Shown one piece after another: positions 45,705-58,911 of a DNA stretch of 64,000 nt; the stretch's first letter is position 1; the number at the start of each line of letters is the position of its first letter. The DNA comes from Eledone cirrhosa. Taxonomy: Eukaryota. The stretch lies in assembly GCA_964016885.1 (NCBI GenBank), contig OZ024740.1, positions 140,740,001-140,804,000 of the forward strand, written 5' to 3'. The position numbers and the translations under genes are program-made. Under the pieces are notes generated by a model. That model did no database searches. It was given only the letters and a program-made list of their open reading frames with translations, and was not told where the DNA came from.

Positions 45705-45759
45705 ACTACCTGAAGAGGTCACAGCCAAAGATGGCTGTCACTGAAATATATATAGCAGT
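45705..45759 (+). ncRNA. Minimal type I hammerhead with ATATATAT stem III
   Basis: ACTAC-CTGAAGA-GGTCACAGCCA(AAGA)TGGCTGTCACT-GAAA-TATATA-TA-GCAGT. Confidence 0.78.
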
Positions 45760-45847
45760 AATAAACGAAGCTAAATATTAAACATTTGACTTTTTATTTA
45801 ACTTTATTTTATATGTATATATATATATGTATATGTATATATATATG

Positions 45848-45954
<107 letters not shown>

Positions 45955-45969
45955 GTATATATATGTATA

Positions 45970-46020
<51 letters not shown>

Positions 46021-46093
46021 GTATATATATATATGTCTATATATGTATATATATATGTCTATATATGTATATATATATGTCTATATATGTATA

Positions 46094-46187
<94 letters not shown>

Positions 46188-46231
46188 TGGCTCCCTCGGT
46201 TGACTGAGTACTCTCTTGACTTATATTCATC

Positions 46232-48339
46232 ATGCAGAAACAACATCTGAATATTTCTACAAAGAATATACCCGTACCAAGCAGGAAAACATACCTAAAA
46301 CTCCTGATACAGAAAACTGACGTGTTCATTAAAAGGTTGCGTTGGAGTGCCTTTTATTCCGATAATCCGCGAAAAGCAGACAACAAACAGGATACATTTG
46401 GGTTTAAAACCTATAATAACCCTCCGTGTAACCCAGCATTGCTACCCTTCGAAAATGATGTCTTGTTTCGGAATCGGAGTAATTCCTTCCAGAAGGACCT
46501 GAAGAATACAATTCGTTCTATTAAGGATTCTAATGCCGTGCACGTCCATTCCGACAAAACTGGCAACCTATATCAAGTGGAGCGCAGTACTTACCATCAA
46601 CTACTACATAATGCTGTAACTAAGGATTACCGTAAAACTAATCGGTGCGTCATCAATGAAATCAACGATGCTGGGTTTAAAATCACCTCTGATCTCAACA
46701 TCCTGGACCGGACCGAACCTCTGGACCCTATTTCTTCCCACTTTACCCTGAAGGATCACAAATCCAATTTTCCGAACAACCCCTCTATTCGGCTTATTAA
46801 CCCTACGAAGTCCAATTTAGGTAGACTTAGTAAAAGGATTCTTGATAGAATTATACCTGAAATTAGAAGTTTGGCCCCTCTTGCACTGTGGAACAATTCT
46901 TTCGCGGTGATTGATTGGTTCAACGGCATATGCAACAAGGAACATTGCCGTTTATCCAATTCGACATCAATAATTACTACTCCTCCATCACTTTACCACT
47001 TCTCCTTAGAGCTATCAATTTCGCAAAAACACTCACAGTGGTTAAGGATTTCGAAGTTGATGTCATCCTCAATGCCCGTAAGTCAGTGATTAATTTTGAC
47101 GACTCTATTTGGATTAAAAATTCCAATAGTACCCCATTCGACGTGAGTATGGGCCCCGGCGATTCTGCGGAGGTTACTGATCTTATCGGCCTTTTCCTTC
47201 TTTTCTCTATCAAGGACGAATTCCCCAATGCGGGCGGTGGTTTGTACCGTGATGATGGTCTTTTGACCATGACTAAGTGCGGCCCTCGTGCTTGCGACAG
47301 GTTCAGGAAAGAACTCACAGCCTTCTTTAAAGGCTTCAACCTCTCTATACAGGTTGAGGCCAACCTCTTGGTCGTTAATTACCTCGACGTCACCCTCAAT
47401 TTATCGAATGGCTTGTATTACCCGTATAGAAAGCCGAATGATACGCTTAATTACATAAGTAAGCATTCCAACCATCCTGCCAGCATAACCAAGAACCTGG
47501 TAAGAAACGTTTCGTTGAGGCTTTCCCGTCTATCTACTAACGAGCATATTTTCAACGACCATTTCACATATTACAATGAAGCTCTTGCTCGGAGTGGATT
47601 TGTAGATAAGGTAGCATATACAGAGTACGAAAATAGACCTAGAAGAAATAGATCCCGACGTATTATATGGTATAACCCAACATATAATAAGGAGGTGGCC
47701 ACACCATTAGCTAAGACCTTTCTATCCCTTATTACGAAGCATTTTCCCCCTACACATAAATATAGTAAAATTTTTAATAGAAATACTATTAAAATTTCTT
47801 ACTCTACGACTCCTAACCTTGCACATAACATCACAGCTTCAAATTTAGCCAAACTACCTAGCCATAGGAACACGTGCAACCCTGTAGTTAGTACTAATTG
47901 TAATTGTAGGAATCGGGTTGATTGCCCCCTATCCGGGAAATGCCTCTCTAGTAACATTGTCTACAAATGTAAGGTTGAAACATCCACGTCTCGTAGGGCC
48001 TACATAGAGTTAACCGCCAATAGATTCAAGCAGTGTCTTTACATGCATGCCCATTCTTTTCGTTACCCTCTAAGAAGGAATATGACGTCACTTTCAGCTT
48101 ATATCTGGAGTCTAAAAGACAACCACACCCAATATAAGTTACACTGGGAGATCCTAGCTAGGGCTAGATCGTATAACGGAAATAAAAGACCATGTGACCT
48201 CTGCGCCGCTGAGGCCCTGGAAATACTCTACGCCACAGACCACATCTTAAACAAAAAATCTGAGGCAATTTCGGCTTGTAAACATAAATTGCTCAAAACT
48301 TTCCTGTATTACAGCCCCACATTATACCCTAACGGATAG
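46232..48339 (+). pseudogene. PLE RT + GIY-YIG ORF, one frameshift near 46945
   Basis: Overlapping ORFs 46232-47089 and 46915-48339; YIE instead of YIG. Confidence 0.85.
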
Positions 48340-48920
48340 TACGAACTATACGCGGATATTTTACGTCTTGATGTGGTAGCTAAGTATATGTTATGTTTAT
48401 ATCATTACTTATTTGCATAGGTAAGTATATATTACCTGTATGTTTTGTGAAGGTATGTATGCTTTCTCGTACGTATATTTGATTGTATATGTTATGGCGT
48501 ATATTTTTATATATTCTGGTACATATGCTTTTGGCTATGTGTATATGTGAGTTTTGCGTCTGTGTGAGTATGCGGGTTCGTACGTATGTAGGGTGTATGT
48601 ATATGTGTACTTCGTGTTTTGGTTGACGTACGTCTCCGAACATTTGTGTATTTACATGTAGGTATGTGTGTGCGCTTGTTATATACGTATTTATTTATTT
48701 ATATACGTTTATTTAATCATTTGTATCCACGCACACACACACACACACATATTTATATGTGCTTCTATTTGTATACCTATGGCGAGTGTTTTCGCGTATG
48801 CTTGTGTATGTACGTATATGGATGCGTGTATGTATTTATTTAATTTCAATTACCTCTGTATTTTATTTAATTTATTCTTAACTCTGAAGCGGAGAATCAT
48901 TCGGTTTCCTAGTTAGAATT

Positions 48921-49191
48921 TTAGTCTACGACTTCAGTTATACCATTTACGTGGTTTTGTTTTTGCGTGCAATTGTTCTCCATGATCCACATATGACGTA
49001 TTATCTTCGTTTTTTCCGTTCATTGCCAGAGAACGTCTCTATGAACCACCTAAGAGAATATTAGTCTACGACTTCTTTTATACCATAAACGTGGTTCTGT
49101 CTTTGTGTGTAATTGTTTTTCACCGCTCCAATTAATGACGTATTATATTCGTTTTTTCCTGTTCTTTGCCAGGGAACGTTTCCACGAACCA
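48921..49191 (+). repeat. Diverged 140-bp tandem duplication in PLE 3'UTR
   Basis: TTAGTCTACGACTTC at 48921 and 49061. Confidence 0.8.
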
Positions 49192-49406
49192 AAGTATCAT
49201 CTTCCTGTCTTCCTCCGGTTGCAACGTTTTTTGAAATATTCACTTCTGCGTTTACAGATTGACTTTGTTAGTTTCAGAAGACCCCGTTAAGGGTGAAAAC
49301 AGCGATTCTTTGCTTAAACTTTAATCTGTTATTTTAATAAATATATATATATGTATATATGTATATATATATGTATATATATATATGTATGTATATATAT
49401 ATATAT

Positions 49407-49439
<33 letters not shown>

Positions 49440-50024
49440 TATATATATGTATATATATATATATGCATGTATTGTTATATTTGGGGAGGGTCATATTTGC
49501 GTAATATTGCCAGAATTAATAACAGAACACACTCACTGTTTGGTTGGTTTTCGCTTCTCGCTGTCTTTTATATATATATATCTGCGATCTAACTTACTCG
49601 GTCCTCAATGTTGCCATTGACTGACCGGCGGTCAAAAATAATACAGATACAATATAGACAAACACATATATATATAGTTTACATAATTTACATAAATCTT
49701 TCGTTGCACATCTGCAACATCGTCAGTGGTGTTATATTCATTGTTCCTCCTGTTGTGTTGTATGTCTACGCCATTTTTTTTTGTATGTTTATTTATTTAT
49801 TTGCTTGTTTGTTTATCTTATTTTATTTTGTCTTCTTTGCGCATGCGTTTGCGTGTGTGTATAGTGTTATGTGTGATGTGTGACTAGTGTGTATAGTGCT
49901 GTGTCTGCTGGGTGACTAGTGTGTGTTTATGTGCTTGTGTATGTATTTATTTATCTTATTTTATTTATTTTAATTTACTTATTTATTTATACTTCTCTTA
50001 GGTCAGTGTTGTTTGTTTGGGTGC

Positions 50025-50072
<48 letters not shown>

Positions 50073-50085
50073 GTATATATATATG

Positions 50086-50133
<48 letters not shown>

Positions 50134-50186
50134 GAATGGAAAACGAAAAATCAGTAATGCATCGGAACCCAATTATATATATGTAT

Positions 50187-50543
50187 ATCATCATCACCGT
50201 TTTACGTCTGTTCTTCCACGCTAGCATGGGTTAGACAGGTTGTCATGTTGTGGGCAGTGTCCAGTCGGTTTACCTTGTCTTGCTCATACGGGAACTGATT
50301 CTGGCTTGATTTCTACAGCTGGATGCCCTTCCTAACACCAACCTCATTTACAGTGAGTGGTGGGTGCTTTATTTTATCCGTGGCGCCTACACGTCCACTT
50401 TACAGTGTGGGCTGGGTGATCTTTTGTCGTGACACCTCCACGACCACTTTGCAGTGAAATGATAGGGACCCCACAACAGGACCTGTCTAACTCATACTAG
50501 CGTGGAAAAACGGACGTAAAACGGTGATGATGATGATGATGAT
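50187..50543. mobile_element. SINE/RTE-B tail fragment with inverted second tail
   Basis: 50187-50240 inverted at ~50480-50543. Confidence 0.75.
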
Positions 50544-50924
50544 GTATATATATCAAATCCTACCACACTTGCCATACATCCATAAGTTCATACCTCCCTT
50601 TTCCCCTTGCCACCTCCCCAAACTCCACAGAGCAAAGAGGGATCTTCAGTCGGGACAATGACTAATAACTAACATTACAAATAAAAAAAAAGTTATACAA
50701 TGATGGGAGTATGAATAAGATGGGAATATGAATAAAGTTAAGTAATGAGAAAAAAGGGAAGGGGTAAAGAAGGGCAGATCCAGCTCTATGGGAAAGTAGA
50801 GGAAAGGACTATAATGCCATAAATGAGAAGAAAGGAGGGAAAAAGCAAGGACTCTTGGGCCACAAAAAAGGGGGGAGGGGAGAGGTTAATGGAATCTAGG
50901 CCTATGGTGGGGTGGTGTTTAGGC

Positions 50925-51365
50925 TGTACTCCAATGAGAGTGTCACATAAATGTGCACCCTGCAAGGTGACTGGTGATATGAAAGATACCTAGCTGTAAA
51001 AACTGTGCCTAAAAGGGTTGAGAAGACCCCACAGTTGTGCCACCAGCTCAACAACCTTTCTAGTGTTGGTGGTCTACATAATAAACACACCCAGTATAAT
51101 CTGTAAAGTGGTTGGTGATAGGAAGGGCATTCATCCATAGAAAGCTTGTCAAACAAAAGGTTGGGAGGACCCGTCAGTTGTGCTGGTGCCATGATAAAAT
51201 GCATTCGGTGGAACATGAAACCGTATGCAAGCAAAATGCAAACCACCCGCCTGTCTGGGAGGTCAGTAGCCCTGCTTCAGAACTGACTCAATCTGTGAAG
51301 ACCTGTTCAACCCTTGCTAGCAGGGAAAGTAGATGTTAAATGATGATGATGTTAAATGATGATGA
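50925..51365 (+). mobile_element. Old bipartite RTE-derived repeat
   Basis: GGTTGGTGATAGGAAGGGCAT motif, CCCTTGCTAGCAGGGAAA..(GAT)n tail. Confidence 0.55.
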
Positions 51366-51470
51366 TATATATATATGTATGCAAAAGGCAAACAGAAATA
51401 ACAAAGCAAATGACACAGTACAATGAAGAAAAATCTTATTAGTTGTATGCTTGATTTAGTAGGGAAAGAA

Positions 51471-51506
51471 TCTTAATGTTTCGGACGTTAGTCCTTCATC
51501 AAAAGA
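51471..51506 (-). ncRNA. Decayed Penelope-type minimal hammerhead
   Basis: TCTT-TTGATGAA-GGAC(TAAC)GTCC-GAAA-CA-TT-AAGA. Confidence 0.55.
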
Positions 51507-51599
51507 TATATATACACGATTCATTTTCCCTTAAAAAACGAACATTATATTTTGGTCGTGTTATGAAATTTCTCATGGCTGACAAATCAACAACAGTAG

Positions 51600-51735
51600 T
51601 GGATAGACAGATCTTGGGTTCTACCCCACTGCATGGCTCTCAGGACAAGTGTCTTCGACTATAGGCTCGAGCAAACCAATATCTTGTGAGTGATTTTAGC
51701 AGATGGAAACTCTATGAAAGCCATTGTGTATATTT
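51600..51735 (+). mobile_element. Old SINE fragment
   Basis: B-box-like segment, GGACAAGTGTCTT CORE-like, GATGGAAACT. Confidence 0.45.
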
Positions 51736-51759
51736 ATATATATATATATACACATATGC

Positions 51760-51834
<75 letters not shown>

Positions 51835-51835
51835 C

Positions 51836-52122
51836 ATAGCTTTGATAGGTTTTGGCCAGTATTGGCCCAGGCCATGTCTAACTTAATAGCACCACCTAGC
51901 AAAGTCTTTCAAATCAGGATTGTGACACCATGGCCCACTCAAGAAGGGAGTTATTGTTTGCAGAGTCATATCTGGGTGTAGGAGGTTTATCTGGGATTCC
52001 TTGAAGGAATTTGCCCAAAGACTTCTTGTACTTTATGGGGTCTGTTGCTGTTTTAATGTGTTTTGGTGTAATGCTAAAGAGAGCGGGATCAGTTGAGGTG
52101 AAATAATTGTGCCGTATTGTTA
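51836..52122 (-). mobile_element. Diverged CR1-group 3' fragment
   Basis: TIRHNYFTS..PDKPPTP..NSLLEW and 3'UTR as in 24800-25081. Confidence 0.85.
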
Positions 52123-52192
52123 CACACACACACACACATATATAAACACACACACACATATACATATATACACACATATACATACATATATA

Positions 52193-52291
52193 CATGGTGT
52201 TCCAAAAAATGTATACACACATGCTGTGCATTCTAATAAATATTGCTTGTACAGGTAATCAAAGTGTGCATACATCTTTGGAGACACACTG
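52193..52291. mobile_element. Decayed Tc1/mariner-type MITE related to 155-231
   Basis: CATGGTGTTCCAAAAAATGTATACACAC ... AAAGTGTGCATACATCTTTGGAGACACACTG. Confidence 0.5.
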
Positions 52292-52489
52292 CTTGTGTGT
52301 GCTTGTTTTGTCTCTTTGCATTTGACATTGATAGTGCAGGTGTTGATATTTGTTTACATTCTAAGCCAGCATGGAAAAGCAAATTTAAAATCAATGATAA
52401 TGGTAAAGAATTCTGCTCCAGCAATCATAATATTCCTCAAAGATGAAAGAACTCTATTTTGAAAACAGATTATTATATAAATATATTTT

Positions 52490-52880
52490 TAGGTCATTGG
52501 ATAAAATGCCATTGCAGTATTTGTTCTGACTCTTTACATTCTGAGTTCAACTTTGTATTTCATCCTTTTGAAGTTGATAAAATAAAGTACCAATCAAGTA
52601 CTGGGATTGATGTAATCGACTTTCCTCTCCCCCAACAAATTGGTGGCCTTGTGTTTAAATTATAAATCATTATTACAACATGGTAGGGGAGTGGATTGGC
52701 AGACTCATTAAAGAGTCAAACAAATGCTTTTCAGTATTTGTTTTGGCTGTTTATGTTCTAAGTTCAAATGCCATCAAGATTAACTTTACCTTTCATCCTT
52801 CCAGAGTCGATATAATTGACTTTCCTCTCCCCCATAATTGCTGGTTTTTTGCCTAAATTAAAAACCATTGTTACAACATG
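52490..52880 (+). mobile_element. Two decayed Nin-domain SINEs in tandem
   Basis: TTTCATCCTT..GTCGAT / ATAAAATAAAGTACC motifs. Confidence 0.55.
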
Positions 52881-52899
52881 GTCATAAAGGAAAAGAAAG

Positions 52900-53170
52900 A
52901 CACACCCTTTGGCCATGATTGGTCATGGATTCTGCACACACGATTGATTCTTTGAGGCACTAGGTTGGGCAGATTGTTTTGTGCATACCAGTCTCACTTC
53001 TCCATGATACTGATGTTGTCCAAGGGAAATGCAAAGGTTGATAAACCAGGGTTGCCAGAACTCCTTTTTCTTCCAGAGAGTGGATTGGAGCCCAGCCCAG
53101 TCTGGAAATCAAACTCATAATCTTACGATCACGAGCCCAGCACTCTAACCACTAAGCTACATGCCTTCAA
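52900..53170 (-). mobile_element. tRNA-derived SINE
   Basis: TAGCTTAGTGGTTAGAGTG..GAGTTTGATTTCC head. Confidence 0.55.
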
Positions 53171-54174
53171 CATGATCACAGTGTTTCAGTAAAGGGGATA
53201 TTTGTTAAGCATCATCATACATATTATGTATGCATGTGTGTATGTGTGCAGGATACATAGAACAAGTGTTTTAAGTATTTTTTCCCTGTTAAAGTTTTGC
53301 GGGTCCTATGATTGCCTTTATTCTCATCATGAGGTTCTTTTTGATGCAATATTTCACAGCCAGATTTCCTTCCTCATACTAAACCTTTTAGTCATCTCTT
53401 ACAACATGCAGAGATATGGTGTAGCTATTCTAAAATGGTGGAGAGATGATTTTGATGATTAAGTGTATGTTATTTACAATAAATCATTATTTAACATTAT
53501 TCAACATATGTTCATCATTCTGCAGTATAAAGTATTTGTAGTTGAGGTAAACAGCAAGCTGAACTGTAAATGTGCAAGGAAACTGCATGTTCAACTGTAA
53601 ATGGCCAGGTAGATTGTACAGTAAAGTGTAAAAGAACAAGTAGACTACACACTAAAGTGGCACCAAAAATTGTTTATCTAAATATTTATCATTTTGTCAA
53701 AATCAAATTATGCTATTTCTTGTAAATGAAAGTATGGACACAACGATAACATCAAAGACAGCAATAATAACATCAACAGTGATAACAATAAAGACATCAA
53801 CAACATCAACAACAATGATAACAATGACAACAACAACAATAATACTAATAATAACAACAATAGTAAAGACTAAAGAACATATGTAATAAATACATCTCTG
53901 CTCTTCAACACTAACAAGGAAGATATTCTCAGTCAAAAATTGAGTGAAGAGAAGAACAGTCTAGAACACAAAAGAGTACAACAGCAGCCAGTGTATGGTT
54001 TCTTTTGAATCAATGGTAGCATTTTAGTATCAATTCTTAGTTTTTTTATTCAGAAATTATTCTTTTGTACATGTGTGAAGTGTCTTATGTAGTGTGTTGT
54101 AGTATGTGTAGTGTGTGTATTGGTATGTAATAGTGTGGAGTGGTGTGTAGTAGTGTGTGGTGGCGTGTATAGGG

Positions 54175-54362
54175 TTGCATGGATTGGCAGTATCGGTAGA
54201 GCATCAGACACCATGCTTTGTAGCATACAGTGTTGGCCCTTTACGTTTTGAGTTCAAATCCTGCCGAGTTTAACTTTGCCTTTCATCCTTACAGGGTCGA
54301 TAAAATAATGTACCAGTAATGCACTGAGCTAATTGTTGGCCTTGTGCCCAAAGTAGAAACAA
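54175..54362 (+). mobile_element. Nin-domain SINE
   Basis: Homologous to 35640-36060. Confidence 0.7.
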
Positions 54363-54692
54363 TCTATATACTACTAAAACTCTGTGATTGTGTCTTGTCT
54401 GTAATTTAATACAACCAAAATGGTGCATAACAGGAAAATACTTTGAAAGGAAGTTGCCTCTGAAATGGGAATACAAATGGAATAAAACAAGTTTTGCATA
54501 AATTGGAGCATAGGTTCCCGAGATACAGGGTTTTTCCAGGTACCTTCATAAATAGAGAGAGAGAAAGAGATAATGGTTGTGAGAGAATATATTGAAAGAG
54601 GGACATAGAGAGAGAGAGGAGACAGAGAAGGAAAATGGGAGAGAGAGAGAGAGCTGGTGTTATTGTTCAATGAAATTATAAGTGTGTGTGTG

Positions 54693-54733
<41 letters not shown>

Positions 54734-54994
54734 CTGTGACCAGTATATATAGATCACAGACACCCACATATACACACACACACACACATATATATATGAG
54801 CCTTCCAACTTCAAGTGAACGTGACCCAACGGGTCACGGGTGGTCTATTTATTAATAAGGTTGACAAGGCTGAAGGCTAAGGGTCCCCCAGGGCCTAGGA
54901 ACTCATCAATTTTCCCCCTTGTAGTGGGGTGAAAGATTGGAAGGCCAGAACTGGTCTGAAATACATAAAACCTTGGGACCTTGCCATGGGTTAT

Positions 54995-55240
54995 TATAGT
55001 CCTGGGTGTATAGTTTTTGGTAGTGTGTGGTGGTGTGTAGTGGTATGTGGTAGTGTAATGGTGTGTGGTGGTGTATAGTAATATGTGGTGATGTAGTAGT
55101 ATGTGGGGATGTGTAGAGGTGTATGTTGTGTGTAGTGGTGTGTAGTCTGTGGTATGTGGTGGTATGGTAGTGTGTGGTGGTATGCAGGTGTGTAGTGGTA
55201 TGGAGTGGGGTGCAGTGGTATGTAGTGTGTAGTGATGCGC
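54995..55240. repeat. GT/GTA-rich low-complexity repeat
   Basis: Direct reading. Confidence 0.85.
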
Positions 55241-55804
55241 AGTTTTTCATTTTTGTTTTCAAATAATGAGAACAATGTTCCTACTGTCTCAAAGCATTTC
55301 GACAAATGAATAAACAGATAGATTGATAAATGAATTGATTAGATAAATACATGGCACACTAACATACACACATTTTATAGTTGAAAGTCTGCTAAAGAAT
55401 AGATTTAATCTGCTTTTTGTTTACAAGATGCACAAGTATGAGGGAGTGTATGTGTGTGTATGTATGCATTTATTATAAACCTCTATTATGTATGCATTTC
55501 TATTTTGTATATGTGTTTGTATGTGTATAGAAAAGAGTGAGAGAAAGTGTGTGCATGTGGGGGGTGGGTGGGGTGTGTGTTATGTTGTGTCTATTTCAGT
55601 AGTGCTTACAGTTTGCTGTTGCTGACTATCTCATGAAGTGAATCAGGGTGGGCGGAGAGAGAAGAGCCTAGTGTATGATCCTTCCCTGCCAGTATGTGGC
55701 CCACACTTCTCACCAAAGTTCCTGCCAGGCCTCCCTAAAGCAACTGGGTGTTTTGTGGACCCAGGCTAAGTTAACTCTCTGAGCTACAGTGGGCCTCCAA
55801 GATA

Positions 55805-55947
55805 GTGGATATATCTTGGTATTTATCAATCTGGTGGATATATCTTGGTATTTATCAATCTGGTGGATATATCTTGGTATTTATCAATCTGGTGGATATA
55901 TCTTGGTATTTATCAATCTGGTGGATATATCTTGGTATTTATCAATC
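55805..55947 (+). repeat. 29-bp minisatellite x~4.9 inside a decayed CR1-like RT remnant (to ~56160)
   Basis: Unit GTGGATATATCTTGGTATTTATCAATCTG; downstream VRPTMEYYSHIW resembles a CR1 C-terminus. Confidence 0.8.
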
Positions 55948-56599
55948 CCTATCCTACTACTTTGTGAAGAAGACAAAAACTAACAGTGGTGATCAGCTTT
56001 AAAGTAAACAGACTCAAGTGAGACCCACAATGGAATACTACTCTCACATCTGGAGCAGTGTTGCTGTTGCTCACAATGGCATCCTAGACTGTTTTCAGAA
56101 AAAAAAAACCTCTTGGCTAATTAGATTCAAGTCACTCTTTGGTCCACAGATGTGTTGTCCCCTCCCTCTGCTTCTTCTACCATGCTACACATGTGCCACA
56201 GAGTGGAACCAAACCCAGGATCTTATCAACCTCTTAACCACTCAGCCATGCCTGCAATGCATCCACAAAAGAGTGATTCTTGGCCTTTCCAACCAAACAT
56301 TTACATGTCCTCTCCATGTTTTAAGTTATACATCAAGGAATGGGATATAGTCATCAAATGGTCCACAAATTTGATGGTTAACCAAAAGCAAGCATTCATA
56401 TGTATTAATTGAATTTGTGTGTGTGAATGGATTTGAGTGTATATGTGAGGTGAAATCATCCATGATGCAGTCATGTCAGAGCCCCTTCCAGGATGGTGTA
56501 AACAATGAGACAGATAGCTAAAATTGTGGATTTGACTTGATTAACTAGGATCTTGAGCTAATCTCTGGTCCTTACATATATGGCATCTGCCATCAGAAT

Positions 56600-56812
56600 C
56601 ATGGATTAGCAGAATTGGTAGAATGTTGGATAAAATGCCATTGCGATATTTGTTCTGGCTCTTTACATTTTGAACTAAAATCTTGCTAAGGTCTTCCTTG
56701 ATCTTCCTCCTTCTGGGTTCAATAAAATAAAGTACCAGATAAGAAGTGCAGTTGATTTAATCAACTTTGCTCTACCAACAGATTTGCTGACCTTGACTCT
56801 AAATTAGAAATC
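56600..56812 (+). mobile_element. Decayed Nin-domain SINE
   Basis: ATAAAATAAAGTACCAG and 3' CCTTG..AAATTAGAAA. Confidence 0.5.
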
Positions 56813-56929
56813 AAGATCAGTGTTGGGCATTTGTGAGTGCTGTGCATGGGCAGCATCTATCTGTGAATCTGTGGTTGTACTAGTTGGAGCTGACTCAACC
56901 TACTTTGGTTGAGCATGAATGCAAGTACA

Positions 56930-57695
56930 AATAAGTAGATGTTTGTGTTCGTTTGGGCGTGCACAATTGTATGAGTGTATGTATGTGTATGAGTGGTAGA
57001 TGTTTCTGTGAGCATGTGAGTCAATGTATGTTTGTGTAAGTATGAATGTACATGTAAGGTAGATGTTTGTGTGAGAGTGCGTGTGTGCATGTGGATGTAT
57101 GAATGGGTATGTGTATGAGTGTACATGTGTGGTAGATATTTGTCTGTGTGGGTGTATATGTGTATGTGAATGCGCATATGGGCGAGTGTATGAATGTACA
57201 TGTGTAGCAGATGTTTGTATGTGTGTATATGTTAATGTATTTGTGGGTAAGTGTATGAATGTGCATGTGTGTAGTAGATTTTGTGTGAGTATATGTGTGT
57301 GTGTATAAGTGTACTTGTGTGGTAGATACTTGGTCTGCGTGGGCGTATTTGTGTGTGCATGAATGTACATGTGAAAGATGTTTGTATCTGTGAGCATGTA
57401 TGTGTGTGTGTGAAAGAGAGAGAGAGAGTACATATGTTTCTATAGATGTCAGAGTTTATGCATGTAAGTGGAAGATATCTATCTGGCTGTGTGTGAGAGT
57501 GTATATGTGTGTGAGAGTGTATATATGTATTAGTCTGGAGTGTGTGTATGCATGTGGTTGTGTACGTGTGCATGAATTTGGAGTGTGTGTGTATATGTTA
57601 TTGTGTGTGTATGTGATTATGTGTGTGGGTGTGTATCTGCGCATGAGTCTGGTGTGTGTGAGAAAGTGTGTGTACATGTGTAGTGGTGGTGTATA
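56930..57695. repeat. Degenerate (GT)n-rich tract
   Basis: Direct reading. Confidence 0.85.
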
Positions 57696-57975
57696 GTTCT
57701 AAAGCATCAATTATATTTACAGTCTAGAGAAGTAGATCTGGTTGTTTATAACAACAGATCTATTGATAAATACAATAAACTAGTTGATAATGGAAGTGTT
57801 TCCTCTCTCCCCCTCTTTCTCTATTTCTATCTCTCTCTTTCTCTCTCTCTCCTAAATCTATTGTAATTCTAACATAGAAAGGTTTTACAATTTCTAATTA
57901 GTATCGTCACATCATGAAGACTAGGTCTTTAGATTCCTGTTTATTCTTTTACTGCTGTGGCATATTTGGGTGGTG

Positions 57976-58280
57976 TGAAGACCTGTGGCTTAGTGTTTAG
58001 GGTGTTCAGCTCAAAATTGTAAGGTTATGAGTTCAATTCTTGGTAGTACATTGTCTCCTTGAACAAGACATTATATTTCATATTGCTTCAGTCCGCTGGA
58101 AAAACTGAGCTGTACATGTAATTCAAAGGACCACACTGTGTCATGCTGAATCTTCCTGAGAATTACATTATGAGCACATATATTTGTGGAATGCTCAGCT
58201 ACATGCACATTAATTTCACAAGCAGTCTGTTCCAGTGTTCAAACAACTGGTACACTCATAAGAATTGATGGAGGTTCAAC
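57976..58280 (+). mobile_element. tRNA-CORE SINE with cephalopod (Ceph-like) domain
   Basis: tRNA head, CCTTGAACAAGACA, GCTGAATCTTCCTGAGAATTAC..TTAATTTCACAAGCAG..TGTTCC (recognised from memory of octopus SINEs). Confidence 0.6.
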
Positions 58281-58518
58281 ACTATTTAGGTGATAGATTT
58301 AAACTATCACCTGGTTCAACACATCCACTTGACCATTAGGAGATTTTATTAGAGCTTACTCTATTGCAAAGATCCAAAACAGGTCTGTAGTGAAAATACC
58401 TTTCTTGCACCAATCCTAGAGACCTTGAAAAGTGTCATAGGAGATTGTCTTTTCTCTTGAATTAGCATTAAAGAAAATACCAATAAAATAAACCTCTTTA
58501 CTTAACTGACACCCAATA

Positions 58519-58909
58519 ATCATCATCATCATCATCATTTTACGTTCGCTTTTCCCTGCTTGCAAGGGTGGGACGGGAACTGATTCTGGCTTGATTTCTA
58601 CAGCTGAATGCCCTTCCTAACACCAACCTCATTTACAGTGAGTGCTGAGTGCCTTTTTTCCGTGGCGCCTACACGTCCACTTTACAGTGTGGGATGGGTG
58701 CTTTTTTGCCGTGGCACCTCCACGACCACTTTGCAGTGGAATGATAGGGACCCCAGACCCTATCATCTCATTTATACAGCTGAGTAAACTGGAGCAATGT
58801 GAAATAAAGTGTCTTGCTCAAAGAAACATCACATCACCCAGTCTGAGAATTGAACTCACAACCTTTCGATTGCAAGGCCAATGCTCAAACCACTAAGCTA
58901 TGTGCCTCC
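58519..58909 (-). mobile_element. tRNA-CORE SINE with RTE tail
   Basis: Homologous to 638-1021. Confidence 0.88.
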
Positions 58910-58911
58910 AT

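Larger units (their letters stand above)
46187..49341 (+). mobile_element. Penelope-like retroelement, Naiad type, near full length
   Basis: RT (DKTGN, FDINNYY, YRDDGL, YLDV, SNHP), CxCx5CPx4C linker, GIY-YIG; ~1-kb 3'UTR; (TA)n flanks. Confidence 0.9.

Noticed and set aside
49470-50025. Possible LTR starting TGTTATA..GGGAGGGTCA (short relative at 45427-45455)
   Set aside because: No second LTR, PBS, PPT or TSD identifiable; left unclassified
55805-55947. CRISPR-like array
   Set aside because: Direct tandem repeats with no spacers, eukaryotic context
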